Assembly (NCBI GenBank): GCA_963789395.1
Contig: CAWBKP010000014.1
Span: 64,001-128,000, forward strand
Direction of reading: 5' to 3'
DNA: 64,000 nt
DNA from: an uncultured delta proteobacterium
Lineage (GTDB): Bacteria > Desulfobacterota > Desulfobacteria > Desulfobacterales > Desulfatirhabdiaceae
The notes beneath the pieces were generated by a model. It searched no databases and was not told the origin of the DNA. It saw only the letters and a program-made list of their open reading frames with translations. Position numbers and translations under genes: made by a program. How positions within the stretch are numbered: position 1 is the stretch's first letter; each line of letters begins with the position of its first letter. Below, one piece after another: positions 54,619 to 64,000 of this stretch.

Positions 54619-57600
54619 TCATTTACCCAGATACTGTTTCAGATATCTTGCCGTATGCGATCGATCGGACATTGCCAGCATTTCCTCCGGGGATCCGGTT
54701 GCCACCACCTTCCCGCCGGCATCCCCGCCTTCGGGTCCCAGATCGATGACGACATCGGATGCCAGAATGATATCCAGGTTGTGCTCGATAACCACCACCG
54801 TGTTACCGTGGTCCACCAGAGACTGCAAAACTTGAACCAGCCGCTCCACGTCCGAGGGATGAAGCCCCGTGGACGGCTCATCCAGAACATACACCGTATG
54901 ATCATTGGATGCCTTGACCAGTTGATGGGCCAGCTTGATGCGCTGGGCCTCCCCGCCGGAAAGGGTGGGGCTGGGCTGCCCCAGACGCAGATACCCCAGG
55001 CCGATGTCGCAGACCAGGGACAGTGCCCGGCGAATGGCCGGAACCGGTGTAAAAAACGCCAGGGCCTCCTGAAACGTCATATCCAGGACTTCGGAAATGG
55101 TTTTTCCCTTGTACACCACCATCAGCGTCTCCGGGTTGAACCGCTTTCCCTGACAGACATCGCAGGGAACATAGACATCCGGCAGAAAACTCATTTCGAT
55201 TTTGTTGTGACCCTGCCCCTTGCAGGCGGCACAGCGCCCGTCCTCGACATTGAACGAAAACCTTCCGGGAGAATACCCCCGTGTCCTGGCAGCGGGGATC
55301 ATGGCAAAAAGCCGGCGGATATCGTCATAGAACCCCACATAAGAGGCCGGAACCGACCGGGGTGTTTTCCCGATGGGGCTGTGATCAACCTCCAGTATCC
55401 GTTTCACCGGCTCCCAGCCCCGGATGTCCCGGCACAGTCTTTCCGGAACAGGGCGGCCTTCCAGCTTGCAGCGGATGGCCGCAAACAGCGTTCCCTTGAC
55501 CAGCGTGGATTTTCCGGAACCCGAGACCCCGGTCACGGCAAGCAGGGTACCCAGCGGAAATACCGCATCGATGGACTTGAGGTTATTCAGGCAGGCGCCC
55601 TGAATCTCAATCTGCGGTTGATCCCGAAAATGCCTGGTACGGCTGGTCATGGCGCGGGTCTGCTGTTTCAGATATCTTCCGGTAACGGAGTTTTCGGCGC
55701 TTTTGATGCTTTCCAAGGTTCCTGACACAACGATCCGGCCCCCGTCCCGGCCGGCACCGGGCCCCAGATCGATGAGCGTGTCGGCCTGGCGGATGGTTTC
55801 CTCGTCATGTTCCACGACCAGGACCGTATTGCCCCGGTCCCGGAGGGTTTTCAGGGCATGGATCAGGATGCCGCTGTCACGGGGGTGAAGCCCGATGGTC
55901 GGCTCATCCAGGATATAGAGAATGCCGGTGAGATTGGACCCCAGCTGGGCCGCGAGCCTGACCCGCTGGGCCTCGCCGCCGGAAAGGGTGTCCCCGCTTC
56001 TTCCCAGGGAAAGGTAGGAGAGACCCAACTGGTTCAGCAGGGACAGACGCGAGAGGATTTCGGATATGACCGGTTCCGCGACGGGTTTTTCCGCCTCGGC
56101 TGAACGAAAAGCCCTTGATCATGCTTTCGAGCTGCACGGCGGTGGTCTGCATCAGCTCCCATATCGAAAAACCGCCGATTGTGACGGACAGGGCCAGAGG
56201 CTTCAACCGACTCCCCAGACACCGGGGACAGGTGCTGCGCCGGCCATCTTCGGGGGCTTCAATCTGACCCAGCCCTCCGCAGGCCGCGCACGCTCCCTGG
56301 GGGCTGTTGAAGGAAAAAAGCCGGGGATCCAGGGATTCCAGACCGGTTCCACAGGTCGGGCAGACCCCTTTCAGGCTGAAAACGGTTTCATTTCCGAGGG
56401 ATTCCACCACGGTAAAACTGCCGTTTCCCTCTGAAAGCGCCGTATCCAGCAACGGCGTCAGCATCTCCGAATTCAGCCTGCCGGATGCCCACCGGCCGGT
56501 TTCCAGCTCGATGGTGTGCTCATGGTAGCGGCTGAGGGCCATACCCGGCCGGATGTCCGTCCATGTCCCGTCGATCTTGGCGCGATTGATCCCGCTTCGA
56601 AGGGCTTTTGCGAGCACATCCTTGTGGAACCCTTTCCTGCCGCTCACTTTCGGCGTCAGGACGGATGCAGCCACCCCGGAATACCGCCGAAGGATTTCAT
56701 CGAAAATGGCCTGCCGGGTCTGGGTCACCAGTCTTTTGCCGCATCCCGGGCAATGGCGATCCCCGAGTTTGCTGTAAAGTAGCCTCAGAAAATGATAGAT
56801 CTCGGTCAGGGTCGCCACCGTGGATCTGCGGCTGGAATGGCTGATGCGCTGCTCGATGGCCACGGTCGGGGAAAGCCCGGTGATCCGATCCACGTCCGGG
56901 CGCTCCAGAATAGTCATGTACTGGCGGACATACGGGGCAAGGCTCTCCAGATAGCGGCGCTGGCCTTCGGCAAACAGGACGTCAAAGGCCAGAGAGGACT
57001 TACCCGACCCGGATACGCCGGTCATCACGACCAGTTGATTGCGGGGAATGGATGCGGTGACATTCTTGAGATTATGCTCCCTGGCGCCGCTGACGACAAT
57101 GGCGCCGCCCCAGGCGGCAGCCGGCTCCGAGACGGCTGCAGGAATCTCCGGCATTTCCAGGGGGCTGCCGGGTCCGAGGGTTTCACGCAAATATCTGCCG
57201 GTATGCGATGCGCCGCACGCCGAAACCGATTCGGGCGTTCCCGATACCACCACGGTTCCGCCTTCATCCCCGCCTTCCGGCCCCAGATCGATGACCCAGT
57301 CGGCGGTCTTGATCACATCCAGGTTATGCTCGATCACCAGAACCGTATGGCCTTTTGCCGTGAGTCGCTGAAACACTTCAAGAAGCCGTTCGATATCCTG
57401 GAAATGCAGTCCCGTTGTGGGTTCGTCCAGGATAAAGAGCCTGCTGCGGCTCCCGGATTCCTGCAAAAACCGGGAAAGCTTCAGGCGCTGGGCCTCCCCG
57501 CCCGAAAGCGTGTTCAGAGGCTGGCCGAGCCTCAGATACCCCAGCCCCACATCCGAAAGCAACGCCAACGGCTCCGTAATCCGGGGGATATCCGCGAAAA

Positions 57601-59912
57601 CCGCCAGGGCTTCATCCGTGGTCAGGTTGAAGATGTCCGAAATATTCAGGCCAAGATAGCGGATGTTCAAGGCCTCCGGGCCAAAGCGCTTTCCGCCGCA
57701 CGTCGGGCAGGTCACGAAAACATCCGAGAGAAACTGCATCTCGATTTTTTCAAACCCTTCGCCTTTGCAGGCTTCGCAGCGCCCGCCCGGAACATTGAAT
57801 GAAAAGTATCCGGCGGAGAATTTTTTTGCGCGGGCCTGCGGCGTAGCGGCCAGGCGTTTCCGAAGGGGGTCCATGGCGCCAGAATAGGTCAGGGCATTGG
57901 CTCTGGGGGTGCGTCCCACCGCATGCTGATCCACCAGAACCGCCTCGGAGATGTGCTCCAGCCCCCGGATCGACCGATACCTTCCAGGCCGTTCCGACCC
58001 CTGGCCTTTGATCCGCTGAGCAGCCTTAAAAAGGATATCGACAGCCAGCGTGGACTTTCCCGATCCGGACACGCCGGTAATACAGGTCATCACCCCCAGC
58101 GGAAAGACCACGGTCACGTCTTTGAGATTATTTTCCGATGCCCCTTCGATCCGTATCCAGTTAAGGTCGTCCCGTATTTTCCCGCGCCGGGGGATGGGAA
58201 TGCGCCGTTTGCCCGTCAGAAAGTCACCGGTAAGGGTCCCCTCGATCCGGGACGCAGGGCCGTCGTACATGACCCTGCCGCCGTTCTCGCCGGCTCCGGG
58301 ACCCATGTCCAGAATCCGGTCGGCATTTCGGATGATTTCCGGGTCATGCTCCACCACCACAATCGTGTTGGGAAGATCCCGGAGCCGCTTCAGGATATCA
58401 ACCAGGCGGCCGCAGTCCCTGGGGTGAAGCCCGATGCTGGGCTCATCCAGCACATAGAGGGCGTTGACCATGGAAGAGCCCAGGCTGGAGGCAAGCGCCA
58501 CGCGCTGGACTTCGCCGCCGGAAAGGGTTCTGGACTGCCGGTCCAGGGTCAGATACCCCAGCCCCACATCCTGAAGAAATTTCATACGGGACAGCACTTC
58601 ATCATAGATCATCCGGCTGGCGTTGTCTGTGGCATCCATGTCGAGGGCTGCAAAAAACGACGCGGCCTCCGTGACATTAAGCGCATAGACGTCCGGGATG
58701 GTCCGGCCGGCCAGCCGGTAGAGCAGGGTCTCGGGTTTGAACCGGGTTCCATTACAGGCGCCGCAGACCGCATAACTTCGGTAGCGCGACAGAAATACCC
58801 GCACCGGCAGCTTGTAGGTTTTGGTTTCCAGCCATTTGAAAAAACCGCGCACCCCGTAATATTTCGGAGTTCCTTCCAGAATGGCATTTTTCTGGTCAGG
58901 TGCCAGGCCTTCAAACGGAGTGCGGGTCGAGATTCCCTGCTTTGTGCAGAACGCCATCAGCTCTTCAAACTCGACCTTTTGCTCCGAACCCGTCCCCCAG
59001 GGTTTGATGGCGCCGTCTTCCAGGGATTTTGACGGATCGGGAATCACCAGATCCCAGTCAATATCGATGGTTCTGCCGAATCCCCGGCAGGCATCGCAGG
59101 CCCCGACCGGGCTGTTGAAGGAAAAGAGACTGGGAACAGGTGGAGAATAGTCGATTCCGCAGGCGGCGCACGCCAGTCCCCGGCTGAAAGACAAGCGATC
59201 CGGCCCCAGCCAAAGATCCATGTGACCTGCGCCCCATTGAAATGCCTGCTCCAGAGAATCCATGATCCGGGGCTGGTCATCGGCCCGGAACCGAAGCCTG
59301 TCGACCAGGATATACAGGGGCCGGGGGACAGCCTGCAGAGACAGCTCCGACAACTGCCCGATCCGCCCTTCATCCGCATAGCGGTCAAACCCCATGCGAA
59401 TCCAGGACGACAAGGCATCCGGTGCAGGGTCCGTATCGAGGACTCGCCGGAAACGTGATGCGAAGATCGGTTCCAACCGCCACGTCCTGAATCGCCTTCC
59501 AGACATGAAGCGGGGTCTCCGGCAGCACCGGCTTGCCGCACCCCCGGCAATGCAGCTGTCCCATGCGGCTGAACAGGAGTTTGACATAGTCGGTCAGCTC
59601 CGTCATGGTGCCCACGGTGGACCGGGATGTTCTGACCGGGTCTTTCCGGTCGATGGCAATGGCCGGCGGGATTCCCAGGATGGCGTCCACCTGCGGCCGG
59701 TCCATCCGGTCCATGAACTGCCGGGCATAGGGCGAAAATGTTTCCACATAGCGCCGCTGGCCTTCGGCATAAAGGGTGTCAAAGGCCAGGGAGGATTTTC
59801 CGGAACCACTCACGCCGGTGATGACCGTTATCCGGTTCAGGGGAATGTTCAGGTCCAAGTTTTTCAGATTGTGCTGTCTGGCACCGCGAACGACAATGGC
59901 TGGAGTTTTCAT
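54619..59912 (-). CDS. uvrA: Double-length excinuclease ABC subunit A, frameshifts near 59450 and 56090
   Basis: Four Walker A GVSGSGKS and four LSGGE signatures; AEGQRRY and FSFN-zinc-finger blocks each occur in both halves. Confidence 0.93.
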
Positions 59913-60310
59913 CGGCCAAAGATGATACATTTACGCCAATTTTTCAAGGGTGGAACCCGGATGTTCCTGAAATAAATAATTCTTCGAAAAGGCAGCCATT
60001 GTCTCAGGCTTTTTGGCATCTCTTCGTTGTTAACTTGACACGTGGGGATAGAAAACGTATAAATTATGCAGAATAATATTTCTGTGCTCGAATGGAAAAT
60101 TCGAATAGAAATTATTCGTTCGATATATTGCACCATATGCACTTCGACTTTTATTTGAAACTGGTTTTGCGTTCAGACTTTATTTGGCAATAACGGTTTC
60201 AGTTGCTGTTTTTACAGATATATTTTACTGATCTGGGAAAATGGCCGGCCGGAATTGATTGTCAACTGTGGATAGTTCGAGGGCGGCAACACCTTCGACT
60301 GGAGGAAATT

Positions 60311-60628
60311 ATGTTTGGCATCGGCATGCAGGAATTGGTCCTGATTCTGGTTATCGCGCTCATCATTCTCGGCCCGAAAAAGCTGCCGGATGTGGCCAAG
60401 TCCCTGGGAAAGGCCTTGAATGAATTCAAGCGGGCCACCAGTGATCTCAAGGAATCCCTGGATGTTGATCACAGCCTGGATACGGTAAAAAAATCGTTTC
60501 ATGCCATGAACGAGCCTCCTCCTCCGGCAGACGCTACCACTACCGGACCTATAGAAGTTAAACCCGCGGCGTCTTCTCCCGAAGAAACCGCACCAAAGCC
60601 CCCAGAGCCTCCCCGTGCCGCCAGCTGA
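60311..60628 (+). CDS. tatB: Twin-arginine translocase TatA/TatB-family subunit (TatB-like)
   Basis: MFGIGMQEL...LGPKKLP plus amphipathic helix; RBS GGAGG; precedes tatC. Confidence 0.85.
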   Translation: MFGIGMQELVLILVIALIILGPKKLPDVAKSLGKALNEFKRATSDLKESLDVDHSLDTVKKSFHAMNEPPPPADATTTGPIEVKPAASSPEETAPKPPEPPRAAS

Positions 60629-60640
60629 CAGGACTCTCCC

Positions 60641-61408
60641 ATGAGCGAAGAAGAGAAAATTCCTTTCACTTCCCATCTGGAAGAGCTCCGGAAGCGCCTG
60701 ATCACCTGTTTTATCGCTATCGGCATCGGATTTGTTCTGGCTTACAGCGTCAAGGAATGGCTGTTTCATCTGCTGACCGCTCCCCTGATCTCGGTCATGC
60801 AACCGGGTGAAAAACTGATTTTCACCAGCCTTCCGGAAGCGTTTTTCGTTTATCTGAAAGTGGCGTTTCTGTGCGGCACCCTCATCGCCATTCCCGTCAT
60901 ATTATACCAGTTCTGGATGTTCATTGCTCCCGGACTTTACACCGATGAAAGACGGTATCTGGCGCCCATCATGGTGCTTTCCATATTCTTTTTCATTGCC
61001 GGCGGGCTTTTCGGCTATTTTGTGGTTTTCCCCATCGGATTTCAGTTTTTCCTCAGCTTTGCCACGGACACCATCCGGCCGCTGCTGACCATGCGTGAAT
61101 TCCTGAGCTTTGCCTCGCTTTTTCTGCTGGCCTTCGGCCTGATGTTCGAACTGCCGCTGATCCTGATTTTTCTGGTAAAACTGGGTATTATTTCCATTGA
61201 CTTTTTAACCAAAAACAGAAAATATGCCATTCTTGTGATTTTTATCATCGCAGCAATTTTAACGCCGCCGGATGTGGTTTCCCAGACACTCATGGCCATT
61301 CCCATGATGGCGCTTTACGAAATCGGCATTCTCGGCGCCAGGATCTTTGCCCGCAAAAAACCTCGGGAAGAGGCAGCCCCGGATGAAATTCCGGATGAAA
61401 CCCCCTGA
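60641..61408 (+). CDS. tatC: Twin-arginine translocase TatC
   Basis: HLEELRKRL, QFW.FIAPGLY..E, FELP, TPPD. Confidence 0.97.
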   Translation: MSEEEKIPFTSHLEELRKRLITCFIAIGIGFVLAYSVKEWLFHLLTAPLISVMQPGEKLIFTSLPEAFFVYLKVAFLCGTLIAIPVILYQFWMFIAPGLYTDERRYLAPIMVLSIFFFIAGGLFGYFVVFPIGFQFFLSFATDTIRPLLTMREFLSFASLFLLAFGLMFELPLILIFLVKLGIISIDFLTKNRKYAILVIFIIAAILTPPDVVSQTLMAIPMMALYEIGILGARIFARKKPREEAAPDEIPDETP

Positions 61409-61510
61409 GAGACAGCTACAGTTCTTAGCCGCAGTTCCGAAAGTCAATGTGGCGGAAGAACATTTGGTGGTAATAAAATTATTTAACAGAGGAAAGGAGG
61501 AAAAAGTCGT

Positions 61511-61963
61511 ATGAAGAAATCATTGTGGGTTGTTGTGGTGGTCGGCTTGGCAGCAGTTTTTGCCTCTGCCGCCCTCTACGCCGGGACCAAGGCTCCGGAT
61601 GTCATCAAAATGGATAACAAGATCTATCCCAAACACGAAAAAGGCATCGTCGAGTTTACGCACAAGAAGCATGTTGCCGAATACAAGGCCACCTGCGGAG
61701 ACTGCCATCACGACAAGGACGGGAAACCGCTCGCGAGTCTGAAAGACGGCGACAATGTTCAGGGCTGCGCTGAGTGCCACAAGAAACCCGGTGAAAAACC
61801 GAAGGGAAAAGATGCTCCCAAGCTGACGGAAAAAGAAGTACTGGAATTTCACGCCGAGGCCATGCACAAGAATTGTCAGGGATGTCATAAAGAAATGAAC
61901 AAAAAGAACGGCAACAATAACGCCCCGACAACTTGCGTGAAATGCCATCCGAAAACCAGTTAA
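61511..61963 (+). CDS. Periplasmic tetraheme cytochrome c3 (class III)
   Basis: Sec signal, V.FTHKKH, four CxxCH motifs (CGDCH, CAECH, CQGCH, CVKCH), Lys-rich. Confidence 0.93.
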   Translation: MKKSLWVVVVVGLAAVFASAALYAGTKAPDVIKMDNKIYPKHEKGIVEFTHKKHVAEYKATCGDCHHDKDGKPLASLKDGDNVQGCAECHKKPGEKPKGKDAPKLTEKEVLEFHAEAMHKNCQGCHKEMNKKNGNNNAPTTCVKCHPKTS

Positions 61964-62015
61964 CCGGTTGATCCGGCCAAAATAAATAAAACGGGTCCGG
62001 AATGCTTTGAACACC

Positions 62016-62055
62016 AGGCAGGCTTCTCTTATCAGAGAGGAACCTGCCTTTTTTT
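62016..62055 (+). terminator. Intrinsic terminator after cytochrome c3
   Basis: aggcagg..ctct/agag..cctgcct followed by a T-run. Confidence 0.85.
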
Positions 62056-62380
62056 ATCCGTCTTCTTTCTGTGCGGCAGCCATGTTGATACAGTTGTCCA
62101 ATTTACCCAAAATCCAACCACTCTATTTTTCGTTCAACAGAAGTTACATCTTGTTAGAATCGCCGAATAAGGTATAATGATATACAGTTTCATTCCTTTG
62201 ATTTAAACGTTATGGGACTATCAAACTTTTCTTGGTCAAAGTTTGTGAACTATTTCATTTTAATTGGAAGTAACAGGTCAGCAGGATATTTTTTCAAAAC
62301 ATAAAAAAGAGCGGGGTGATTTTATCTCTTACTTTTTGGGGTCATATGTTTTTTGAGTTAGCACGATTGAGTAAGTATCA

Positions 62381-63121
62381 ATGTTGATCTACATAGGATT
62401 TGATGATACCGACTCAACAGAATCGGCGATTGGCACCGGCAAGCTGGCCCGGTGGTTAAACACCGAATTGCCTGACGGTTGTCGATGCAAGGGTGTCATC
62501 CGACAACAACTGCTTGTGTGCCCTGAAATACCCTATACCTCTCACAACAGTTCCGCATGCTTTTTGGCAGAAATTGCCGACCCCGCCCTGATGGATATTG
62601 TCATTGAGAAAGCAATTCATCATATTTCGAAGTATGCTGTCGCAGGCAGTGACCCAGGTCTATGCGTGGTCGCCGAAACCGATCCATGCATGGTCGATTT
62701 AACGGAATTCGGCCATTGCTGCACGCAGACAGAGAATCCCAGGCAGAAGCCAGTCGCCAGCCGGATCAGCCCATCTTTCAGGACACGGAGGCCAGAGACG
62801 GCATAATTGGAGCGGCAGCCGCGGTTGGACTGACAGCCGCGGGCTGGTTGGGACGCTATATCGAATTCGATGGCTTGCGTGACTATCCTCAATTAATCAG
62901 TGTTTCGGAATTGAATGCGCGGCACATCACCGTCTTATCCGTTGACCGCGATGCCACCGCGCCCGCACCACAGGAATGTGCTGACAAATAAATGGATACG
63001 CCCGCGCCGAATGGCGCATGGACCGGTATTGTTGGTCGGTTTGGTCGAGGCAGGTCTGTGGCAGAATATTTACTCCAAAAACAAAAAAAAGGAATCCAGC
63101 AAATTGGGTCAGCAGCCTTAG
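62381..63121 (+). CDS. TiaS N-terminal-domain-like protein, several frameshifts
   Basis: IYIGFDDTDS....GTG, R.QL....IPYTSHNSSAC, SDPGLC, HLSGHGG, DGIIGA.AAVGL across frames. Confidence 0.65.
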
Positions 63122-63157
63122 GGGAGCTGATTCAGCTGAAACATCCAGCGGCTTCGG

Positions 63158-63541
63158 TCACCCACGGGATGTCAGGTCTCGATACAACTCTACAAAAGCA
63201 AGCATTTTATTTGCCTGACGTTCCATATAACCGACCCAGAAGCTAAGCACCTCGTCTCCCTCGCTTGTCAGTCGATATATTCGTTTTGCCGGGCCACCTT
63301 CATCGGTCTTCCATTCTGAAACAACCAATCCGATCTCTTCCATCTCCCTGAGATGCCGATAGATCATACCTGGCGGGGCGTTCCCCCGAACGAATTCAAA
63401 CTGACCGATATTTTGAATCAATTCATATCCGTAAGATGTTTTTTCCTTTAATATCATAAGGATGGATGGTTGAATATAACGTTCAACTTTTTTGGAACCC
63501 ATCTCCCTGGTCTTTTTATTTGATATAATTTTATTTGACAT
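63158..63541 (-). CDS. PadR-family transcriptional regulator
   Basis: ILMIL....SYGYEL, PGMIYRHL..ME..GLV.S.W, GPAKRIYRLT..G. Confidence 0.92.
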   Translation of the reverse strand: MSNKIISNKKTREMGSKKVERYIQPSILMILKEKTSYGYELIQNIGQFEFVRGNAPPGMIYRHLREMEEIGLVVSEWKTDEGGPAKRIYRLTSEGDEVLSFWVGYMERQANKMLAFVELYRDLTSRG

Positions 63542-63563
63542 ATATCCTTCCTGGATATATATT
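63535..63563 (+). promoter_or_regulatory. Sigma70 promoter with an embedded palindromic operator
   Basis: TTGACA (63535) - 17 nt - TATATT (63558); inverted repeat atatatcc-N5-ggatatat at 63540-63560. Confidence 0.7.
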
Positions 63564-63612
63564 TAATTCGAAAGCGTTAATCATATTTAACCCCAACGCA
63601 TTGGAGGCCCAA

Positions 63613-63873
63613 ATGACCACAAAAATTTTTGTTCGAGAAAGACGTAAAGTCGATAAAGGCGAAAAAAAGCCCAGATTCAGGGTTGTCGGTGTCAGCGGAT
63701 CGGATGTTAAAATTTATGTCAACCATATGCGCAAAAAAGAGCTGGATCAGATCTGCGCTGAAACTGGAGCCCAAGCCATATTCCTGGTTGAAGGAGAAGG
63801 CCAGAAAAACGGTGGGGGCCAGGATTCAGGTCAGATGATCAAACCAAGATCCTGTTCTCTTGAATTTGAATAG
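63613..63873 (+). CDS. Small hypothetical protein divergent from the PadR gene
   Basis: RBS GGAGG, ATG 63613, 86 aa with a basic N-terminus MTTKIFVRERRK. Confidence 0.7.
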   Translation: MTTKIFVRERRKVDKGEKKPRFRVVGVSGSDVKIYVNHMRKKELDQICAETGAQAIFLVEGEGQKNGGGQDSGQMIKPRSCSLEFE

Positions 63874-64000
63874 AGCCGGATAAAAAATCGGTGGAACGGA
63901 TTCCGTGGGTTTCCTATTACTTAAAGATAATGGTTCCAACATGGTTCGCCGTTCAGAGCAGCCATAATATGCTCGGGATGCCTCATGGCATCGATGATTT

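Noticed and set aside
20414..59975. Long antisense ORFs (e.g. 20414..21415, 36799..37725, 54655..55725, 56792..57802, 57923..59032)
   Set aside because: These are shadow frames opposite well-supported GC-rich genes and carry no motifs.
62243..62260. Rex-like site TTGTGAA-ctat-TTCATTT (similar sequence near 7232)
   Set aside because: The right half-site has three mismatches in AT-rich DNA; too weak to call.
1..64000. CRISPR arrays, tRNA/rRNA genes, transposases, prophage, selenocysteine read-through
   Set aside because: On manual reading I found no repeat-spacer arrays, cloverleafs, transposase or phage motifs, or in-frame TGA at a conserved Cys position.

Overview
Core-genome-like window from an anaerobic, probably sulfate-reducing Desulfobacterota (Desulfobacterales-like). 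This is inferred from the tetraheme cytochrome c3, class III RNR, periplasmic CbiK, FolE2 and Desulfovibrio-type porin. Housekeeping blocks: tolQRAB-pal-cpoB-ruvCAB, pepA, nrdDG with tandem NrdR boxes, coaD-tilS-ftsH-folP-coaX, yggT-divIVA-pilT-pilU, pdxST, ileS-lspA-lgt, glgP, gatB, psd-asd-greA-rpoZ-ttcA-folE2, a double-length uvrA-dtd-dacB and tatBC. About 17 genes, several normally essential, are split by small frameshifts, most likely long-read indel errors. The best candidate for an undescribed system is the 26.9-32.5 kb metal island. On the minus strand, an exported-type leader ORF with Cys/His residues and a RAPP ribosome-arrest motif precedes a Cys-rich lipoprotein, a NosL domain apparently fused to an outer-membrane beta-barrel, and two more NosL proteins, with no nos genes in the window. 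It converges on fmdE, next to a B12-riboswitch-controlled periplasmic cbiK. Other candidates: a membrane-anchored GrpE-like DUF2760 paired with an atypical Hsp70, a catalytically degenerate KptA/Tpt1, a divIVA-pilTU-zinc ribbon/pseudo-receiver operon with an unannotated microprotein, and a stand-alone TiaS-like domain. No rRNA, tRNA, CRISPR array or transposase was seen. Family calls come from motif recognition, not database searches.
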